In this document: positions 8,818-19,224 of the stretch, in pieces
How positions within the stretch are numbered: the stretch's first letter is position 1
Layout of the letters: each line of letters opens with the position of its first letter
Assembly (NCBI GenBank): GCA_050250375.1
Contig: JBFWOS010000002.1
Location: forward strand, 901,149 to 965,148
Source of the DNA: Candidatus Omnitrophota bacterium
Lineage (GTDB): Bacteria > Omnitrophota > Gorgyraeia > Zapsychrales > Zapsychraceae
DNA length: 64,000 nt
Direction: 5' to 3'
The notes under the pieces: generated by a model
Told to the model about the DNA's origin: nothing
The model's database searches: none
The model's input: the letters and a program-made list of their open reading frames with translations, nothing else
Position numbers and translations under genes: made by a program

Positions 8818-9864
8818 CTACCACTCCAAGGCGCCTCCTGTCTGATATTCCGTGACCCGTGTTTCAAAGAAATTTTTTTCTTTCTTTAAGTCAATGATTT
8901 CACTCATCCACGGGAACGGATTTTCAGAACCATAATATTTAGGTAAGCGCAACCGCTCAAACCGGCGGTCAGCGATGTATTGAATATACTGTTTTAAAAG
9001 ATCGGTATTCAGGCCCAAAATACCGTTAGGCAGGCATTCCTCTGCATATTTATGCTCTAAATCAACCGCGACCTGGATAAACTTAACAATTTCATCTTTA
9101 AACGGCTGATCCCACACATCCGGATTTTCGTCAATGATTGTATTGATCAACTGCAATCCGAAATTCATGTGAATACTTTCATCCCGGAGAATATATTGAA
9201 TCTGCTCACACGTTCCAGGAAGCCGGTTTTGCCGGCCGAACGATAACATGGTGACAAAGCCGCTGTAAAAAAATATTCCTTCTGTAATCCCATAAAAACC
9301 AACAAGATTTTTAATAAATCTCTGCAATCCCCGTTTAGTCTTGGTATCCAGATTTGGATCAAGAATTCCATCGGTACAGCTCATGGTGTATTCATCTTTA
9401 TTGTAAATGGCCTCGACTTCCCGGTACATATTGAACATTTCCCCTTCATCCAAAGATAATGACTGCACAATGTATTGAAAGGCATGAACATGAATGGCTT
9501 CTTCAAAGGCCTGACGGAGAAGATATTGCCTGGCCTCCGGATTATCAATGATCTTGTAGACGGCCAGGACCAGGTTATTACCCACCAAAGTTTCAGCAGT
9601 GGCAAAAAAACCAAACGTTCTCTTGATAACATGTCTTTCTTCAGGCGTAAACCCCTGCGGATTCTTCCACTGTTCAATATCCCGCTGCATGGAAACTTCC
9701 TGAGGCATCCAGTGATTTGCACAACCATCCAGATAATAATTCCAGGCCCATTTATACTTTATCGGAACCAATTGGTTGCAATCAACGGTGCGATCGTTGT
9801 TAACAATCCGCTTATTATCGGCGGTCATGCGGGCTTTTGACATTTTGATGCAAAAATCTGACAT
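8818..9864 (-). CDS. nrdB: Ribonucleotide reductase beta subunit, class Ic (Mn/Fe, R2c-type)
   Basis: FFATAE (Glu as first ligand), EEAIHVHAF (Phe at the radical Tyr position), EGIFFYSGF, RDESIH, NFFETRVTEY. Confidence 0.93.
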   Translation of the reverse strand: MSDFCIKMSKARMTADNKRIVNNDRTVDCNQLVPIKYKWAWNYYLDGCANHWMPQEVSMQRDIEQWKNPQGFTPEERHVIKRTFGFFATAETLVGNNLVLAVYKIIDNPEARQYLLRQAFEEAIHVHAFQYIVQSLSLDEGEMFNMYREVEAIYNKDEYTMSCTDGILDPNLDTKTKRGLQRFIKNLVGFYGITEGIFFYSGFVTMLSFGRQNRLPGTCEQIQYILRDESIHMNFGLQLINTIIDENPDVWDQPFKDEIVKFIQVAVDLEHKYAEECLPNGILGLNTDLLKQYIQYIADRRFERLRLPKYYGSENPFPWMSEIIDLKKEKNFFETRVTEYQTGGALEW

Positions 9865-9915
9865 TTACAACTCCAATCTAGGTTTCGATTTTATATCTGA
9901 TGGAATCAGCCGCCA

Positions 9916-12900
9916 TTATTGACAGGCTTCACAATCCTCAGTTGGTTCTACACTCAATTGGGCCTCTTCGTCCTGATGATCATTGCCTGTAACACGGCCG
10001 AAATCATCCCGTTCACGCTGGCCAACGGTGTTGCTATAACGGGTTACATCAACTGTACTTTTTTCAATACGAGTTGCGCTCATTGACCGGAGATAATAGG
10101 TTGTTTTCAACCCCTTTTCCCAGGCCATCATGTACATATCACTGACTTTTTTTCCGCTGGGTTTGGCTTGATACAAATTAAGAGATTGCCCCATGTCAAT
10201 CCATTTTTGCCGCCGGGCAGCAGCTTCTATAATCCACTCATAGTCAATTTCAAACGCAGTTGCATATTTGCGTTTTAACCCTTCCGGGATGCGATCAATT
10301 TCCTGGACACTTCCATCAAAATATTTCAGGTCATCAATCATTTCCTGATCCCAAAGATTCTCTTTCTTCAGATCAGCCACCAGATACTCGTTTAACACAG
10401 TGAATTCACCGGACAGGTTACTTTTTACAAATATATTTTTGTAAATAGGCTCAATGGACGCTGTTACCCCTACGATATTGCCAATCGTCGCCGTCGGCGC
10501 AATCGCCATAATCAGACTATTACGGATCCCGTGTTTTTTCAATTCTTCGCGCACCGGGTTCCAGTCCATCCGCATCCGCGGATCGACTTCAACATACCCG
10601 CCGCGTTCTGTTTCAAGAAGCTTCAATGTGTCAATCGGAAGCATTCCCATATCCCATTTTGAACCGCGGAAAGTCGAATACGCCCCTTTTTCTTCAGCCA
10701 GCCGGATTGAAGCCATAATCGCATAATACGATACAGCCTCCATGCTTTCATCGGCAAATTCAACGGCTTCCCGAGATGCGTAACTCAAATTCTGAATAAA
10801 AACGGCGTCCTGAAAACCCATAATTCCTAAACCAATTGGTCGATGTTTCTGATTAGCCCGTTTGGCTTCCGGCGTTGGATAAAAATTAATATCAATAACA
10901 TTGTCAAGCATCCGGACAGCGGTCATTACGGTTTGTTCCAGTTTTTTATGGTCAATCTTACAATCAGACGTGAGGTGTTGGGCAAGGTTCACTGAACCAA
11001 GATTACAAACGGCTGTTTCTTCGACAGAAGTATTTAACAGGATTTCAGTGCAAAGGTTGGAACTGTGTACGGTACCAACATGGCTTTGGGGGGATCGAAT
11101 ATTAGACGGGTCTTTCCAGGTTATCCAAGGATGTCCGGTTTCAAAAAGCATATTTAGCATTTTTCGCCATAGGTCAACAGCCGGAATAATTTTAAAATGA
11201 CGGATTTTACCTTGCTGGGCCATTCTCTCGTAGTGTTCATAACGACGTTCAAATTCCTTACCATAAATATGATGCAAATCACTGACATCGTTTGGACTAA
11301 ACAGCGTCCAATTTGCATTTTCTTTCAAACGTTTCATAAACAAGTCCGGTATCCAGCTCGCGGTATGCATGTCATGGGTTCGGCGGCGTTCATCACCTGT
11401 ATTTTTCCATAACTCGAGAAACTCTTCGATATCCAGATGCCATACTTCAAGATAGGCACACATTGCACCTTTACGTTTGCCTCCCTGATTAACCGCGAGC
11501 GCAGTATCGTTCGCAACTTTTAAAAACGGAATTACTCCCTGGCTTTTTCCGTTTGTGCCTTTGATCCTTGACCCCATGGACCGGACATTCGTCCAATCAT
11601 TACCAAGGCCTCCGCTCCATTTGGAAAGCATGGCGTCATCCTGGATACATTTAAAAATATGGAATAAATCATCATTGATGGTTGTTAAATAACAGGACGA
11701 CAACTGCGGATGCCTGGTGCCTGCATTAAATAATGTCGGTGTCGATGATGTAAAACGGAAGGTCGAAAGCATATTATAAAACTCAATGGCTTTTTCATTT
11801 TTATTCTTGCCTTCTCTGACCGCAAGCCCCATGGCAACCCGCATCCAGAATATCTGAGGCAATTCCAGACGACGGTCTTCCCAATGAAGAAAATAACGGT
11901 CATATAATGTTTGCAGTCCAAGATATCGAAATTGAAAATCTCTTTTAGGTTGTAAAGCCGCACCAAGATGTTTTAAGTCAAACTGCAACAGATCCGGAGT
12001 CAACAATTCCAGCTCAACGGCCCGGTGGACATAGTCCGCAAAATAGATCGGATATTCAGTTTTGATTTCTTCAAAACTGGTAACCCGTCTGAGCGCCTCC
12101 CGGTATTCTTTCAACAACAACAAGCGCGATGCGGCAAACGTATAATTCGGCTCTTTTTCAAGAAATGATTTAGCCCCCATAATGTTGGAAGCTTCAATCT
12201 TTTCTTCGGTGATTCCGTTATAATAATTTTTGAGCGATTCTTCTAAAATCTTGTCGGCGTCAACGTTGTCCAGCCCCTGGCAACATGTTTCAATTTGAAA
12301 ACGGATTTCATCCAGATCAATCGGCTTTTCCTCACCATCATTGGTCCGGTATTTCAGATTACGGGCCCATTCAAATGTTTGCGTGGATGTTCTTTGCAGT
12401 TTTTCCGTCCGACGGGCTTTCGCTCGCCCTTCCCGGTAAATAATAAAACTTCGGGCGACTTCATGAAACCCTGAAGTCATCAGGTTCTTTTCAACCAAAT
12501 CCTGTATCTCTTCAATATGCACACAACGACCTTCAGGCCAAGTTGTCAAAATTTCATTAATTACGGTGTCCGAAACTTTCTTGGCATGCTTGAGTAATTC
12601 CTCGCTTAAAATGCCGTTATTGTGAGCTCGAAACGCCATGGCGACCGCCATTGTTATTTTTTCCGGTTTGAACGATACGACCTTCCCATTGCGTTTGGTC
12701 GTTGTATAAAGTTCAAAAAGAATCCTGCGGGAGGCATGCTGTTTCCTGTAATTCGCATATAATTCCGCGGCTTCTTTAAAACCATTTTCATAAAGCTGGC
12801 GAATCACCTCATCTTGAATTTCTTCAACGGTTAATTGCTTGCTTTCAAGCCAACGTTCTGTCAATACAGACAAAACTCTTTGCGCTACAAGATCCGTATG

Positions 12901-13062
12901 CCGCGCATCAACGATGGATAATTCTGCTTCGCGGGGCAGTTTTTTTTGTTCCTTCAATGCATTACCGATCGCTTTTATTATCCGGGCTTCATTAAAAGCA
13001 ACCACTTGTCCGTTTCGTTTGTAAACTTTCATTTCCAAACTTGTTGAGATTTCATTGGACAT
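9916..13062 (-). CDS. nrdA: Ribonucleotide reductase class I alpha subunit with multiple N-terminal ATP-cones
   Basis: TPTLFNAG, QLSSC, SNLCTEI, CNLGS, APTAT, KTTYY and C-terminal CEAC; KRNG cone starts. Confidence 0.96.
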   Translation of the reverse strand: MSNEISTSLEMKVYKRNGQVVAFNEARIIKAIGNALKEQKKLPREAELSIVDARHTDLVAQRVLSVLTERWLESKQLTVEEIQDEVIRQLYENGFKEAAELYANYRKQHASRRILFELYTTTKRNGKVVSFKPEKITMAVAMAFRAHNNGILSEELLKHAKKVSDTVINEILTTWPEGRCVHIEEIQDLVEKNLMTSGFHEVARSFIIYREGRAKARRTEKLQRTSTQTFEWARNLKYRTNDGEEKPIDLDEIRFQIETCCQGLDNVDADKILEESLKNYYNGITEEKIEASNIMGAKSFLEKEPNYTFAASRLLLLKEYREALRRVTSFEEIKTEYPIYFADYVHRAVELELLTPDLLQFDLKHLGAALQPKRDFQFRYLGLQTLYDRYFLHWEDRRLELPQIFWMRVAMGLAVREGKNKNEKAIEFYNMLSTFRFTSSTPTLFNAGTRHPQLSSCYLTTINDDLFHIFKCIQDDAMLSKWSGGLGNDWTNVRSMGSRIKGTNGKSQGVIPFLKVANDTALAVNQGGKRKGAMCAYLEVWHLDIEEFLELWKNTGDERRRTHDMHTASWIPDLFMKRLKENANWTLFSPNDVSDLHHIYGKEFERRYEHYERMAQQGKIRHFKIIPAVDLWRKMLNMLFETGHPWITWKDPSNIRSPQSHVGTVHSSNLCTEILLNTSVEETAVCNLGSVNLAQHLTSDCKIDHKKLEQTVMTAVRMLDNVIDINFYPTPEAKRANQKHRPIGLGIMGFQDAVFIQNLSYASREAVEFADESMEAVSYYAIMASIRLAEEKGAYSTFRGSKWDMGMLPIDTLKLLETERGGYVEVDPRMRMDWNPVREELKKHGIRNSLIMAIAPTATIGNIVGVTASIEPIYKNIFVKSNLSGEFTVLNEYLVADLKKENLWDQEMIDDLKYFDGSVQEIDRIPEGLKRKYATAFEIDYEWIIEAAARRQKWIDMGQSLNLYQAKPSGKKVSDMYMMAWEKGLKTTYYLRSMSATRIEKSTVDVTRYSNTVGQRERDDFGRVTGNDHQDEEAQLSVEPTEDCEACQ

Positions 13063-13169
13063 GCATGAACTCCTTTACCTTGGGCATGTTAAATTTTTGA
13101 TATTTTGCGAATGCCTGTTAAATATTTTCATAAATTATTGAAAATAAGGCATTTAAAAAATCCTTAAAA

Positions 13170-13215
13170 ACACTACATATGGAAGATTATTTTGGAGCAA
13201 TACTATATATAGTAG
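13170..13215. promoter_or_regulatory. Tandem NrdR boxes upstream of nrdAB
   Basis: ACACTACATATGGAAG (13170-13185) and ATACTATATATAGTAG (13200-13215) match acaCwAtATaTwGtg; the second overlaps the -10 of a minus-strand TTGATT-16-TACTAT promoter. Confidence 0.8.
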
Positions 13216-13316
13216 TCTAATTTAAAACGAAATCAAGAAAAATCTTGTAAATTTTACTGAAAAAAAACAAAATTTTACCGTCGGAAACCCATCATTACGT
13301 TAAAAATCGTAAAAAA

Positions 13317-13937
13317 TTAACGAATAGCCGATGAATACAGACTGGAAACTTTATCCCAATTAATAATATTAAAAAAGGCTGAAATATAATCTGGCCGTCG
13401 ATTCTGATAATTTAAATAATACGCATGCTCCCAGACATCTAGTCCGAGAATAGGCGCACCTTTGCATTCAGCAACGTCCATGATTGGATTATCTTGGTTG
13501 GGGGTTGAACAGACTTTAAGTGATCCTTCACTGACACATAACCATGCCCACCCGCTGCCAAAACGATTAACCGCAGCGTTGGAAAATTGTTCTTTAAATT
13601 TATCAAAAGACCCAAACGTTTTATCGATCGCCTTTGCCAAATCTCCACTTGGTTTACCCGCACCCTTGGGGGTAAGTAGTTCCCAAAAAAGAGAATGATT
13701 ATAATGGCCGCCACCATTGTTCCTGACTGCACCCCGTTTATCTTCGGGGATAGCAGAAATCTTTGAGATCAACTCTTCAATGGATTTTGCTTCAAACGGG
13801 GTTCCTTCAATGGCCGCATTAAGCTTGGCCACATACGCTGCGTGATGTTTTCCATGATGGATTTCCATCGTTTTAGCGTCGATGTGTGGCTCCAAAGCAT
13901 TAAACGCGTAAGGTAATTTAGGAACAGCGTGCGCCAT
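13317..13937 (-). CDS. sodA: Superoxide dismutase, Mn-type signature
   Basis: [22 protein letters not shown] and DVWEHAYY; the GG and QD residues are Mn-type. Confidence 0.92.
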   Translation of the reverse strand: MAHAVPKLPYAFNALEPHIDAKTMEIHHGKHHAAYVAKLNAAIEGTPFEAKSIEELISKISAIPEDKRGAVRNNGGGHYNHSLFWELLTPKGAGKPSGDLAKAIDKTFGSFDKFKEQFSNAAVNRFGSGWAWLCVSEGSLKVCSTPNQDNPIMDVAECKGAPILGLDVWEHAYYLNYQNRRPDYISAFFNIINWDKVSSLYSSAIR

Positions 13938-13979
13938 GATTAACTCCTTTTTCTTTTAGAAAATTAAAGACATTTTAAA

Positions 13980-14492
13980 TTATATTTTTTTCACAGCATT
14001 TAATACGTCGGAATAATCCGGTTCCGTCGTAATTTCTGGAACGATTTGTTTGTATCGTAAAACACCGTTTGTATCAACGATCAGCACAGCACGGGCTAAC
14101 AAACGGATCCCCTTAACCAATAGCCCATAAGCCTGGCCGAAGGCCGCTTCACGGTGATCTGACAAAGTAATTACTTTATCCGAACCGGTTGCCCCACACC
14201 ATCGTTTTTGGGCAAATGGTAAATCCATGCTGATTGTCAATATGACCACGTTTTCGCCTAGCGTTTGTGCTTCTTTGTTAAACCGTTTGGTCTGTAAATC
14301 ACAGACAGGCGTATCAAGAGACGGTACGACAGAAATAATTACTGTTTTACCTTTTAAGGACGATAATTTAAAATCAGAAAGATCTTTAGCGGTCAGAGTA
14401 CAATCAGGGGCGTCTGAACCTACTTTAAGATCCGGTCCGACTAATGTAACCGGATTGCCTTTCATTGTAACGGCTGATGTAACTTGTGGCAT
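13980..14492 (-). CDS. tpx: Thiol peroxidase (atypical 2-Cys peroxiredoxin)
   Basis: VPSLDTPVC, SMDLPFAQKRWC, LARAV, EPDY; AAAGGAG RBS before ATG 14492. Confidence 0.95.
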   Translation of the reverse strand: MPQVTSAVTMKGNPVTLVGPDLKVGSDAPDCTLTAKDLSDFKLSSLKGKTVIISVVPSLDTPVCDLQTKRFNKEAQTLGENVVILTISMDLPFAQKRWCGATGSDKVITLSDHREAAFGQAYGLLVKGIRLLARAVLIVDTNGVLRYKQIVPEITTEPDYSDVLNAVKKI

Positions 14493-14533
14493 ATCTACTC
14501 CTTTTCTTTCAAACACACCTGTGTCGATTTAAT

Positions 14534-15202
14534 TTATTTTTGCTCAAGCAAAGTTGAATTGTATAATAGTCCTGCCAAAACACCGCCGGCCACTGGCCCC
14601 ACCCAATACAACCAGAAATTCTGTAAACCACCACCCAATAGGGCAGGCCCTAAATGACGAGCAGGGTTCATGGCCGCTCCAGTAACCGGACCACCAATCA
14701 GAATATCCATGGCGACGGCCAACCCGATAAATAAAGGGGCCGTTGCGGGACCGCGTTTATCCACGGCAGCTCCATAAATCACAAATACCAGAAAAAAAGT
14801 CAAAACTATTTCCATGAGTAACCCTGCGCCGACTCCTACACCATCAGCTAAAGCCGGTGTTCCCATCCCAACAGCAGCCAAGACTTCACCGGCAAAGCAT
14901 ATTTTAACAAAAACGGCAGCAGCGATTCCAGCCAGACATTGCGCGATCACATAACCGGTGGCGTTAACTCCGTCAATTTTTTTAGTTACAAGCATGGCTA
15001 TTGTAACAGCCGGATTTAAATGCCCTCCGCTGATAGCGGCTGTAGCGGCAACCATCGTTGCTATGGCTAACCCATGGGCCATTGCGATACCCAATAATCC
15101 GGTTTGACCGCCATTGATATGGTTCCCCGCGATGGCTCCGACGCCAACAAAAACAAGAGTAAAAGTTCCGATAAATTCTGCGATGAAGGCTTTAGTATTC
15201 AT
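14534..15202 (-). CDS. MIP family channel (aquaporin)
   Basis: AEFIGT, SGGHLNPAVT and AMNPAR; six hydrophobic helices. Confidence 0.95.
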   Translation of the reverse strand: MNTKAFIAEFIGTFTLVFVGVGAIAGNHINGGQTGLLGIAMAHGLAIATMVAATAAISGGHLNPAVTIAMLVTKKIDGVNATGYVIAQCLAGIAAAVFVKICFAGEVLAAVGMGTPALADGVGVGAGLLMEIVLTFFLVFVIYGAAVDKRGPATAPLFIGLAVAMDILIGGPVTGAAMNPARHLGPALLGGGLQNFWLYWVGPVAGGVLAGLLYNSTLLEQK

Positions 15203-15256
15203 TGATATCCTTAATAATAATAATTTTTTACGTAGTTTCGTTTGGAAGGTTTATTT

Positions 15257-15284
15257 ATCATACTAAAATTGAAGCGTTTGTCAA
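15257..15284 (-). promoter_or_regulatory. Sigma70-type promoter for the aquaporin-tpx-sodA unit
   Basis: TTGACA-16 nt-TATGAT on the minus strand. Confidence 0.55.
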
Positions 15285-15391
15285 CCAAAATAGCCCCGTC
15301 AAAAACATCGAAAAACTTGTTCACCGGATTAGTTCTGATATAATGTTTAAATTACACCATTTTTTATAATAAATTCTTATCGAGGAGAAAT

Positions 15392-15805
15392 ATGTACAGT
15401 TATCAAACAAAAATTAAGCTTCATGAGACCGATGCCGCCGGCTTGCTTTTTTTCAGCAATCAATTTAAATTGATCCACGATGCGTATGAATCGTTGCTGG
15501 AAACCATCGGTTTCGGATTCGCAGAACTTTTAAAAAATAAAACATATTTCCTTCCGATCGTACATGCGGCCAGTGATTTTAAAGCCCCCCTTTTCGTAGG
15601 TGATATTATCAAAATCACAGTAACCGTTGAAAACATCGGGACAACGTCCTTTACCTTTGGGTATCGAATCACCAACACAAAAAACATTCTGGTCGGTACG
15701 GCTAAAACAGTTCACGTCACGATGGACAAAGCCAGTCAAAAAAAAATCGCCCTCCCAGCGGATATGCGGGATAAAATCAGAGAGTTGTACGAACAAGATC
15801 ATTAA
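15392..15805 (+). CDS. Hotdog (4HBT-like) thioesterase, probable 1,4-dihydroxy-2-naphthoyl-CoA hydrolase
   Basis: ETDAAGLLFF and LPIVHA..DF..PL..GD motifs; convergent with the men cluster. Confidence 0.75.
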   Translation: MYSYQTKIKLHETDAAGLLFFSNQFKLIHDAYESLLETIGFGFAELLKNKTYFLPIVHAASDFKAPLFVGDIIKITVTVENIGTTSFTFGYRITNTKNILVGTAKTVHVTMDKASQKKIALPADMRDKIRELYEQDH

Positions 15806-17247
15806 ATTGCTTTGACCAAGACAGAAGAATTTTCTCTCAACAGGGATTCCAGATTTCTCCGATTTATTTTCATCGCCGATGGCTCAGGCTCCGGAATATA
15901 AAAAAACTCGTCTGGAATTTTATATTTCTCGAGATGAATTTTCAGATGAGCGATCAGTTTTTTCCGGCTGAACCGCTTCCCCTGTAACATTTTAACAAAG
16001 GCGACTGGACGGCAACCATATAAAGGATCGGCTTTTGAAACAACCACTGCCTGCTCGATCATGCCGCTTTGAAGAATCTCACGCTCGATTTCTTCCGGGT
16101 AAATATTTTCTCCACCGGAGATAAACATATTATCACGCCGGCCAATAATCTTTAAACCAGAACCTTTGGTCAAAAGACCTAAGTCGCCTGTTTTAAACCA
16201 CCCCTCTTTATCGACTACCTTTTTTATATGACCGTTAACATAATACCCCTTAAATAAGGTTTTCCCCTTCACCAAAACATTCCCATTAGAATCAATTCTC
16301 AATCGGCGATATGGCAAAATCCTGACGGGACCGGCCTCTTTCATGCTTAAAATCTTTTTGCTTGTCGCAACTTGTGAGCTCATCTCCGTTAAACCATAAC
16401 TTACATAGATGGGTAATCTTAATTCCCGGGCTGTTTGAAAAGCGACCGGATTGGCCGCACTTCCTCCAATCAGAATGCATTTCATGGTAGAAAGGAACTT
16501 CCGGCAACGCGAATCCTTCAGGCACTTGATCAATTGCGTTGAGACTAAAGATATATGGCTGGGTTCGTACTTTTTTAAATTCCGGACTAAATCAGTTCGG
16601 TCATCCATTACAGAAAGGCTTGCTCCGGCCATAAACACCCGCCATAAGACACTTAATCCGGCGACATGATAGGCCGGCAGGGAAAGCATCCATTGGTCCC
16701 CCTTAATCAGCGGTATGTGACGGTTCGAACCGAGCGCACTGTAATAATGATTCTCAATCGTATGGACAACGGCTTTCGGAGTTCCTTCGCTTCCTGAAGT
16801 AAACATAATATTTGAAGTACTATTTAAGGCATACCTGCCAAAATCTGATTCTAATGGACTATCCTGTTTTATAAGATCCTCGCAAACGAGGCATTTAATG
16901 GATAAAAACTCCTTTAGATTATTTTGCAAGGTTAGTAGAACCAGGCAATTTAAATTGATAAGCACTTTTTCAACCACGCCGAGCGGAAACCGCATGTTTA
17001 AAAGAACAGGAACCGCCCCCGCCCTCAGTAAGGCAAAATATATAACGATAAAAGTAATGCCGTTTGGCAAATACATACCAACTTTTGTTTTTTTATTAAT
17101 TCCCGATAAAGTTAATTGATAGGTAGTCTGCCGGATAAGTTGCTCCAAGCGAGAATAGGTAACTGGGCCGGAGTCCATTAAAATGGCCGTCTTATTCTTG
17201 CCTGCCGATAAAGCAATCTTGTTAATCGGACACTGGATATATTTCAT
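15802..17247 (-). CDS. menE: o-succinylbenzoate-CoA ligase
   Basis: FTSGSEGTPKAV, YGLTEMSSQV, TGDLG, GRRDNMFISGGENIYPEEIE; within the men cluster. Confidence 0.92.
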   Translation of the reverse strand: MKYIQCPINKIALSAGKNKTAILMDSGPVTYSRLEQLIRQTTYQLTLSGINKKTKVGMYLPNGITFIVIYFALLRAGAVPVLLNMRFPLGVVEKVLINLNCLVLLTLQNNLKEFLSIKCLVCEDLIKQDSPLESDFGRYALNSTSNIMFTSGSEGTPKAVVHTIENHYYSALGSNRHIPLIKGDQWMLSLPAYHVAGLSVLWRVFMAGASLSVMDDRTDLVRNLKKYEPSHISLVSTQLIKCLKDSRCRKFLSTMKCILIGGSAANPVAFQTARELRLPIYVSYGLTEMSSQVATSKKILSMKEAGPVRILPYRRLRIDSNGNVLVKGKTLFKGYYVNGHIKKVVDKEGWFKTGDLGLLTKGSGLKIIGRRDNMFISGGENIYPEEIEREILQSGMIEQAVVVSKADPLYGCRPVAFVKMLQGKRFSRKKLIAHLKIHLEKYKIPDEFFYIPEPEPSAMKINRRNLESLLRENSSVLVKAI

Positions 17248-18338
17248 TAGATTTTTATCGACTGGAGTAATTCAAAATTGATATCTGATGTTGTCACTCG
17301 CCTGGTTCCGATTTCCATTTTACCACGGACAACATCCAGAGGACTGAGCAGTAAACTATCAGTAAACCACTTGGCCGTATCCAGGCCGGCGGCGTTATTT
17401 CGGAACGAACAACCCGCCAGATTGGCCAAGGTTAACAAACCAATAGACGACTCGAAGATCGAACTGATCAGCGTATTTAGACCCAACCGCTTAGCGTCCC
17501 TGAGTATCTTCCAGGTTTTTTCTATGCCCCCGATCACAGATGGCTTGAGAACTAGGACCTCTACCCCTTCAATGTGTTTAATTTGCTCAAACTCATTTGT
17601 CTGGAGCGATTCATCCAGTGCGACAGGGATTGTTGTTTTATGAAAAAATTCCGGTATTTGTTCAATATCCTTAAACGGCTCTTCAATATAATCGACCGCA
17701 GCCAGACCAACTTCATTCCCAAAATAAACAGCTTCGTTCAAAGACCAGGCCTGATTCGCATCCAGATGCAACAAGGCTCGGCCATTGATAAGCTCATTCA
17801 GGTCCCGGACCAATTTAATGTCTTCATCAATATCCTTCTGTCCGACTTTTAATTTTAACGCAGAAAAACCATTTTCAATTAATAGTTTGGTCTGGCTGAT
17901 AATTTCTGTCCGGTCCCCTTGCAACAATCCGTTAATCGGTATATGACTGTGCACACTTTCAGATAAAAGTTCTTTCAAAGTCCGCGAACGAATATTCGCC
18001 AAAAGATTCAAAAGCGCCATTTCAATACCAAACATGGTTGAAGGCTTCAATTCAAAATTCCCCAACCAATCCTGAAATCGCCCATTGAGACCTTCCAATC
18101 CTTCCGGAACCGGATCAGACAACAAAAAATGCCGGACGGATTTAAATTGCGTTAAAACATCATCCAACGATTCCAGGCTGAACCCTTGCAAGGGAGACAT
18201 CTCCCCGTAACCCGTAAACCCGGCTGCAGAGAATTCAAGAATATACCCACGCCGGATTTTAAGACTTTCCGATTTAATTTTAATCGGACGCCTAAGGTTT
18301 AAATCAAAAGAAAAAATCTTTATGTTCTCTACATTCAT
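17247..18338 (-). CDS. menC: o-succinylbenzoate synthase
   Basis: Enolase-superfamily motifs KLKVG, LDANQAW, YIEEP, ALDESL, LKP, GLDT. Confidence 0.9.
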   Translation of the reverse strand: MNVENIKIFSFDLNLRRPIKIKSESLKIRRGYILEFSAAGFTGYGEMSPLQGFSLESLDDVLTQFKSVRHFLLSDPVPEGLEGLNGRFQDWLGNFELKPSTMFGIEMALLNLLANIRSRTLKELLSESVHSHIPINGLLQGDRTEIISQTKLLIENGFSALKLKVGQKDIDEDIKLVRDLNELINGRALLHLDANQAWSLNEAVYFGNEVGLAAVDYIEEPFKDIEQIPEFFHKTTIPVALDESLQTNEFEQIKHIEGVEVLVLKPSVIGGIEKTWKILRDAKRLGLNTLISSIFESSIGLLTLANLAGCSFRNNAAGLDTAKWFTDSLLLSPLDVVRGKMEIGTRRVTTSDINFELLQSIKI

Positions 18339-19219
18339 CGAATCCAGCCTATTGAAAAAAGAACACTGTAAACCAGCAAAACCACTCCGGTAAAGGCCAA
18401 CGTCTTATTCAAAATAGGACCTTCGACCGAGGAAAACACTGCTTTGATTCCCGGCAAAGAAATTAACCCAACACTCGACGCGTATAAAATAAACACGTGA
18501 TCATGAATCAGTAAATAAATTATCACCGGAAGCATCGCCGCCAACAGAATTGCTCCGGCATATTCGTATTGTGCAAACGTACGTCCAAACCTGACGGCAA
18601 GCGTTTTTTTTCCGCTACGACGATCACTTTCAATATCCCGGTAATTATTCACGGCTAATATGGCCATTGATATTAAGCCAGGTCCGAGGCCAGCCAAAAC
18701 AACGGCGTAATTCAGTTCAATCGCCTGTAAGTAATACGTTCCTCCAACGGCAACGGGACCGAAAAATACCAGGACAAAAAGATCCCCTAAACCGACATAC
18801 CCCAAAGGACGCGGCCCGGCTGTATAAAAGATCCCGGATAAAATAGATACAATTCCCAGCACGGCAATAGACCATCCTCCCCGAATAACCAGAATCAGAA
18901 AACACACCATCGATAAGGCGAATACTACGATAAAAGCCCATTTAACCGTCTGCGGTTGGATTAATCCGGATTGGGTGACCCGAACCGGTCCAATGCGATC
19001 GGCTGCATCCGTACCTTTTTTATAATCATAATAATCGTTGGCCAGATTGGTGCCGATCTGAATTAAAAGAGCCGTAAGAAGACAAAGTATCGCTGTCGGA
19101 AAATGCGACAGCCCGTCCCCAAAGGCCATGGCGGTGCCAACTAAAACCGGGGCAACGGCCGCCGTTAATGTTTTTGGCCGAAAAGCCATGATCCAATGTT
19201 TGACAGTCGGTCTGTTCAT
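18335..19219 (-). CDS. menA: 1,4-dihydroxy-2-naphthoate polyprenyltransferase
   Basis: RPKTL, NLANDY.D..KGTD, NN.RDI..D...GK.TLAV. Confidence 0.95.
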   Translation of the reverse strand: MNRPTVKHWIMAFRPKTLTAAVAPVLVGTAMAFGDGLSHFPTAILCLLTALLIQIGTNLANDYYDYKKGTDAADRIGPVRVTQSGLIQPQTVKWAFIVVFALSMVCFLILVIRGGWSIAVLGIVSILSGIFYTAGPRPLGYVGLGDLFVLVFFGPVAVGGTYYLQAIELNYAVVLAGLGPGLISMAILAVNNYRDIESDRRSGKKTLAVRFGRTFAQYEYAGAILLAAMLPVIIYLLIHDHVFILYASSVGLISLPGIKAVFSSVEGPILNKTLAFTGVVLLVYSVLFSIGWIR

Positions 19220-19224
19220 CTTGA

